DNA of 58,127 bases, the filler included, from Dugesia japonica (taxonomy: Eukaryota), in assembly GCA_001938525.1 (NCBI GenBank). It is 4 parts of 4 records of this genome, joined end to end, with 100 filler letters (N's around TTAATTAATTAA, not from the genome) between each part and the next. Parts side by side here need not be neighbours in the genome. Positions count along the whole stretch, not along the records: positions 42,161 to 58,127 come from MQRL01606284.1; 3 more parts are not named here. One strand, given 5' to 3'. Below the pieces are notes generated by a model, which was not told the DNA's origin, ran no database searches, and was given only the letters and a program-made list of their open reading frames with translations. A program made the translations under genes and the position numbers. Shown here piece by piece: positions 51,930 through 58,127 of the stretch; the stretch's first letter is position 1; every line of letters begins with the position of its first letter.

Positions 51930-54900
51930 TTGCGATTTTAATGAATAATTAGTACCATAAATTATTTCGTTTGGATTACTTAAAACNTTATCATAATTTT
52001 CCATTCCTATTTTATTAATTTTTGAAACTCCTTTATATTTCGTTTCTATATTTATGTTACCCGCTTTAAAATCTTAAATAATATAACTTTTTGCTTTTAT
52101 AAAATTACATTTAGTTATTTCATTATTTGGTTTTCATCCTTCATTTGAAATAAATTATTACCTAATAAACTTGTTACTTTATTTATATTTTCTATTTATA
52201 ATTTCTACAAATATAGAATCAGTAAATCAATATCACCATAATGAATTTTACATTTGTTAGGAATTGCTTTAATCTAATTGACTGTAAATAAAATTATAAA
52301 TGACTTCTTTGGCATATTCTAAAATAGTAAAACCAATGTATGTAAATTTATTTTATTTTAAATTAGTTTTATAAAGATGGATACCAGCTGATTCTGTTTC
52401 CCCATTTTCTTTGAAACTAAATATTTTACTTGATTTAAAATTTATCTTTGAAGCAAATATCTGATAATCTTTNNNNNNNNNNNNNNNNNNNNNNNNNNNN
52501 NNNNNNNNNATATTTTCTTGAGTTTTTCCATAAAAAGTATTATTTAATAATTTAAAAAAGTAATCACCAAAAACATTATTATTTCTTTTTGCTTCATTTC
52601 TCTTAGCAATATCAAATTGAATATAATCTTTTAACCATGTTGTTGTTGGCATTTTTATATTTTGAATGTATTTTTAAATTTTCATTCCTAAAGATAGATA
52701 TAAATATAATGTTGAACCTAGAATAATATAATTTTGTTTATAAAATTGATTTAATGTTAATTTAATATTTTTCTTGGATAATTTCTTATTANNNNNNNNN
52801 NNNNNNNNNNNNNNNNNNNNNNNNNNNNNNNNNNNNNNATCTGGAGCCAATGGAAAATATTTAGTTTTTTCGTGATTTCAGGGTATATTATAAATCCACT
52901 TCATAAATATAATTCATTTTACTTGTTGATTTTTATATTTTAAGTCTTGGCATTCATAATTTTCACCTGTTAGGTTTTGTCATACATGAAGCGGAAAGAC
53001 TGTTTTCATCTGAATATTTTAAAATGTTTCTTCTTTCCAATTTATTGGTAGTTTTATTTTTAATAAATGAAAATAATATATCTCCAACTTGAGCTTTATT
53101 TAATTGCATAGTTCTTCCAAATCTAGGATTTATTTTTTGATTATTTGAAAATACTTGTCTTTCTCCAAAAACACTTGAAAATCTTCCTCTAACTCGTCTT
53201 TCTATTTTAATAAATTTGTCATAAGTTTCTTTTTGAGCATATTTTAATTTTATTTTAATTTTGGAGCTGAATAACAATAACTCGGATCTATTTGATAATT
53301 ATTTAGACATGTTTCACTAAATTTCTTTAAAAAATCAGCTAAAATAATTACATCTAATTTCATATATTACATCATATAATCAAATAAATTTCCAAATTGA
53401 TTAAAATCTTGTAAAAAATTATTATAATCATTTTCTGATATTCTTTTTTGTTTTAATTTATTGTAAAATCTTCTTTTGTTGAAATTATTTCTGATTTTAA
53501 TAATTCAATTACTTCATTAATATTTTTTCCTTTTACATTTTCATATGGAAATGATATTTTCTTTGGTTTTAAATTAAAAGATTTCAAATGATTATAATTA
53601 TTAGATTGATTTAACATTTCTCTCATTTTCTCAATTAATGTAAATGCACACATTCTTACTGAATCTAGAAATATAATATTTTCATATTGAAATGAAATAT
53701 AAACTTCATCAGTATGTGGAATTATTTTTTTAATTTAACTTGGAAATTTACTAATTAATTCTTTGAAAAATAAATGATTGTCATATCCAGATGCATTGTG
53801 AAAGTAAAATGGAATAAATAAATCTTTTATTGATTTATCTTGTAAATTACATTTTGAATGAGTATAACCTCTAAATTCACCATTGAAATGATCATGATCT
53901 ATAACCGGGGTTTCGAGTCCCATCTCTTTATCACAATATCTACATTTTAGATCAACTATTTCATTATTAGGAACTTCACTTGAAAATCTTTCGATTAATT
54001 TATTTTCTTTTATATCTTTTAATTTATTATTTAGTTGATTTAAAAATTCAAAGAACTGTTCATGAATGTTTTCTCCATAAAATTCTTTATATTCATTTTC
54101 CATTAAATGTGGATATTTACTTTAAATATAAATTCCAAGAGATAATGGTTTTTGTTTCTTTGTGTTAATATTAGTCCAACTTTCAAAATTTCCATAAAAT
54201 ACAAAAGGTATTTTATTTTTGTAATAATAATTTTGATAATACTAGTTATAGTGTTTTGGAAATTCTATATTACTAATTTCATGATTTATACATTCATTTT
54301 GATGTTTGTTTATTGTAAAAAATACTTGTACATCTCTACACAAAATAAAATGATTTTAAAAACTTATAAATTAAATTTATTTTCCTTTGGTTTAGGATTA
54401 GTTTTATAATGTGAAATATATAAAGGCTCAATTATTTTGGAAGCACTTACAGTAAATACATTTATTTTTCAAATTTTTTAACATCTTCAATATTTAAAGG
54501 AAATTTAATTCCGTTTGTATTTAATTTATTTAAATAAGGAATATAATTACTAACTCTAGTTGGGTTATTAAATATATATTTATGGGGTAAAATTGAATAA
54601 AAAAACATTTTTTATCTTCGTTTTTAATATTAATTAAACCTGGTTTTGAAAATGGCAATTTATGATAAGATGATGCATTCCCACCAGCTAAAGATGTATA
54701 TTTCGAGAGTTCAATTTTATAATCAATTATATAATTTAAATATCACCAAGATTCATTTCTATCTTCATCTTCCATAAATCTTTGAAGTTGATTTATAATA
54801 TCATTAATTCCATCATTAATTTCACTTGTTAAAGTAAATTTCTCTATTATTTGAATACTAATTAAAAATTCTTTCGATGTTTTCACCGTTTACATCTTTA

Positions 54901-55094
54901 TTATAATTACAATTGAAATTCATTTGGACAATAAACTTTTTACCATAATTAAAGTACTTAGTAACAATTTCTGTGATTTCACTTTGGTATTCATTAATCA
55001 TTTTCTTTTTGAGTGTTTCAACGTTTCTGGTTAATTCCACTTTACTATCTTTAAAATATTCAATTTCAGTTTTTATAAATTCTGAAGATGTCAC
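51930..55094 (-). pseudogene. Polinton/Maverick protein-primed DNA polymerase B, decayed
   Basis: DHDHFNGEFRGYTHSKCNL (EndoVII-like insert), FHNASGYDNHLF, FLDS, FPYE, YSDENSLSASCM (motif A), FPLAP, KLLNNTFYGKTQEN (motif B) and YGD..TDS (motif C, frameshifted). Confidence 0.9.
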
Positions 55095-55679
55095 GAAAAA
55101 TAAAATAATGCAGTATAAAATTTTTGCATGAATTAAGAGTTTTTACATGTGCATTTTCCGGAAATAAATCAACAAGATCGTTCTAATCAATAAAAAGTTA
55201 AATTAAATTTTATTGTTTTTTTAGAAATTTTTGATGAAAATATTTTTTATTGTTTTATCATCCAACTGAATTTTTTTAAGTTCAAAGCTATAATAATTTC
55301 TGATAATAAATAATTTCTATGATAAAACACTTTAATCTAATAAAAATCTTTTATTTTATTATAAATTTTTGTTAGATTTGATTTTTGTAATTTAAATAAA
55401 TATTCTAAATATTTTTATTATTTATATTTGTTACAAATTATAATATTAATAAAATTCTTTCATTTTGTTATAATGAGGCAATTTCATCTAGTCGTTTCAA
55501 AAATACATTGGCATAATTTTGTAATTCTAAATTTTATTTGTAATAATTAAATAAATCAAAAGACAATTAATTAATTATATTTTGATATTCATATCAATGT
55601 TTATAATTTATTTTGCAATTTGAAAATTGTTTAAAATGAAATATTGTGACATTTTTATCTGAAAGAAATTAATTTGCTA

Positions 55680-56840
55680 GACTGAAGTATCGTATTTTCC
55701 CATTGATAATGGTCGAGTTATCTATATAAAGAAAGCATTAACATTTATCTCTTAAATGAGAAGTTCAGTTCGGTGTTGTCTAAATATTCTAATTATAAAA
55801 CATTAGATCCATAATCATAAATTTCTCGTTATCAATAAGAAAATACAACAAATTAATTTAATATTTTATCAATATAAAAATGTAGTTGTTTGTTTCAGAT
55901 TATTTAATATTTGATAAATGAAATTATTTATTATAAATCGAGAAAATAATCATGAAAAAATAGAAATTCACATTAATGAATATTTGATGGAAATTTGATA
56001 AAATATTGTTACAAATTAATTTTTAAAAATATTATTTTATTGGATGATGATTCGATAAAGCATTTTAAATTAGTTGAAAATGAGATGACATTCGGTTTGG
56101 AAAAATTGAGAATTATTTGAGAAAGTAAATTAATCAATGCAAATAAATAAAATAATCGATCATTAATTCTAAATATTATGTAATTGTTTATTTATTTCAA
56201 TGGGGCCGTATTTATGACTATGAATATCTTATTGTAAAAAGAAATGATACAATTTCAAACAATCAGATCAATTATAGGAAGAATTTATTCTGAAGTAATC
56301 AATATTTGGAGTGCAGATGGTAATCAAATGAAAAATTATCAAATTATCTCTGAGATTGACACAAATAAGAATTACAAATTGATTATTAAGTGGCCTTGAA
56401 TATTGATAAATCGATTAATTGAATTTCTGGTTAGAATTGATGATGGTGAAGGAAATGAGATCAATAATACATTTGATGAATGCTGTTTTTTTCATGATAG
56501 ATTGCAAGTCAACTTTTTATTTGTTGTGAGCATTAATTTTGCCATGATTATTTATCGAATAGTCGTTATTTAGTTGGGATCAAGTTNNNNNNNNNNNNNN
56601 NNNTGAATTATTTAGAACTTTATTAATTAATTTTATTAATAAAATCAGGTGATAAATTAAAATATTTCAAAAAATATCAATAATTTATTGAAGACGAATT
56701 ACCTCATCAAATTATAAAGTTGATAACAAATTAAATAAAAATTTATCGGATTTACCCCGTGCATTTCTTAATTCAAGAAATTTGTTTTGTAGAGATATTG
56801 CAGATCGAATATTAGATATTTGTAATGATTATTTGATATC
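55680..56840 (+). pseudogene. possible decayed tyrosine-kinase gene fragment
   Basis: AFLNSRNLFCRDIADRIL at ~56760-56813 resembles FLxSxxFVHRDIAARN. GEGN at ~56445. No intact frame. Confidence 0.3.
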
Positions 56841-57497
56841 CGTGTTGAATCAATATGATGATTAATTAGATTAATATTTGTGTGGAACAACTGAATTTTA
56901 TTGATTGATCATTTAGTATTGTGAGGATATTTAATCAATATTTTTCATTTGCAATGTAAGATTGATTGAATGAATGATGGATGACATTGTGATGACACAA
57001 ATCATTAGAATTTGAATATTTGTGGTCAATATTGATTCATTTTCATTTCATAAAAATGTTGATTCAAATGTGACAAGATCGACCATAAATATCAGTTGAA
57101 AATATAATTTATCAAATGATATTTGATGTCCTAATTGCCCTCCTTCGTTCAATATTGAATATTATATTTACATGTTTTTTCACCTCAATTTCACATCGAA
57201 AAAAATAAAAAAGTTTTATAGAAATAACTTAAAATGAATTATTTGAACAATCGTTGGTTTTGTAATTTTCAAAAAAACTTCTGTAAAATTGTTTCTAATA
57301 TTCAGGAACAATTTTCGTCCAATCACAGTCGAATCGTCGTTTTCTGCTTTTCAAATTATTTGGTCGTTCTAAAACGACCTCGATTATTTAATAATTTTTA
57401 ATTATATTTTTAACCATTTAGATATGAATTTTCAACTGTCAAGATTTTCATTTAATATTAAAACAATTTTAGGTAAATAAAAATTTAAATGGAATTT

Positions 57498-57860
57498 GGA
57501 GTCGCCCATAAATGACCTTAAGTACTTAGGAGATTGGATAAAGAAATATAATTTTGACGAGGAATGACGATGAGGAAGGAGGAAGGCTCAAAAAGGGTGA
57601 TGTCACATATAAGCTTTGTTTATAGAATCCAAATACATATTAAATAGTATTTTTTGGATGATTAAAATTCTATTGGAACATTCTCACGTTTAAATATCAA
57701 TTTGTCGTATTTTGAAATCTCTTATAACTGGTGAATCATAGATGAAATATAACAACAAGATGATTGGTGAAAAATCTTAGTGATGTCAGATTGCAGGGGA
57801 TATCAGGTATAACAACTAAGAATCCGCCAAATTGTGTGACGTCATTTAAGAACGGCCCCT
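57498..57860. mobile_element. PIF/Harbinger-like MITE
   Basis: Left GGAGTCGCCCATAAATGAC versus right GTCATTTAAGAACGGCCCC followed by TAA. Confidence 0.55.
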
Positions 57861-58127
57861 AATTAAAATTAATTTATTTAAATAATTTTTTTGAAAGTTT
57901 TATTATTTTGTCAAAATTGACTTTTTCAATGTCAAATTGAAGTGAAAAATCTTGGCTAAATGAAATTTATCATTTTGTTCTAATTACTAATTGAAGAATT
58001 TTTATTCAATTTCAGACATTTATGTTATGAAATATTAATTTAGAAAAATTAATTTGTTTTTTTAAGTTATGAGAAAAAATTCGATTATTTTCTGCATAAA
58101 TAAATTGCATTTTGTTTTTTTTATCTA

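Noticed and set aside
55076-55110. CTGAAGA...GAAA hammerhead-like spacing
   Set aside because: No stem I or II complementarity, and it lies antisense to Polinton coding sequence.

Overview
Very AT-rich, gappy eukaryotic (metazoan) draft sequence. It is four unrelated scaffolds joined by an artificial 100-bp linker, N44-TTAATTAATTAA-N44, giving segments 1-8904, 9005-32256, 32357-42060 and 42161-58127. Host genes: seven contiguous, phase-compatible exons of an SNX9/18/33-type PX-BAR sorting nexin (+, 13798-29529), one ankyrin-repeat exon (-) and a possible decayed tyrosine-kinase fragment. Most of the remainder is decayed mobile DNA: three hAT transposase copies (one bounded by TIRs and an 8-bp TSD), hAT and Harbinger MITEs, Tc1- and Tigger-like fragments, three Penelope-like elements (RT and/or GIY-YIG), many pieces of one Gypsy lineage (tRNA-Leu PBS) and Polinton/Maverick remnants (pPolB, adenain-like protease). 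The main signals outside the ORF track are six minimal type I hammerhead-ribozyme motifs, two of which form a ~214-bp palindrome inside a host intron; a Gypsy PBS that doubles as the first Gag codons; LTRs that appear to start with TA; and an open ORF with an R2-like ZnF-Myb region followed by a further zinc finger. A planarian-like host is only an inference from composition, short introns and TE content. All homology calls come from motif recognition by eye, not database searches.
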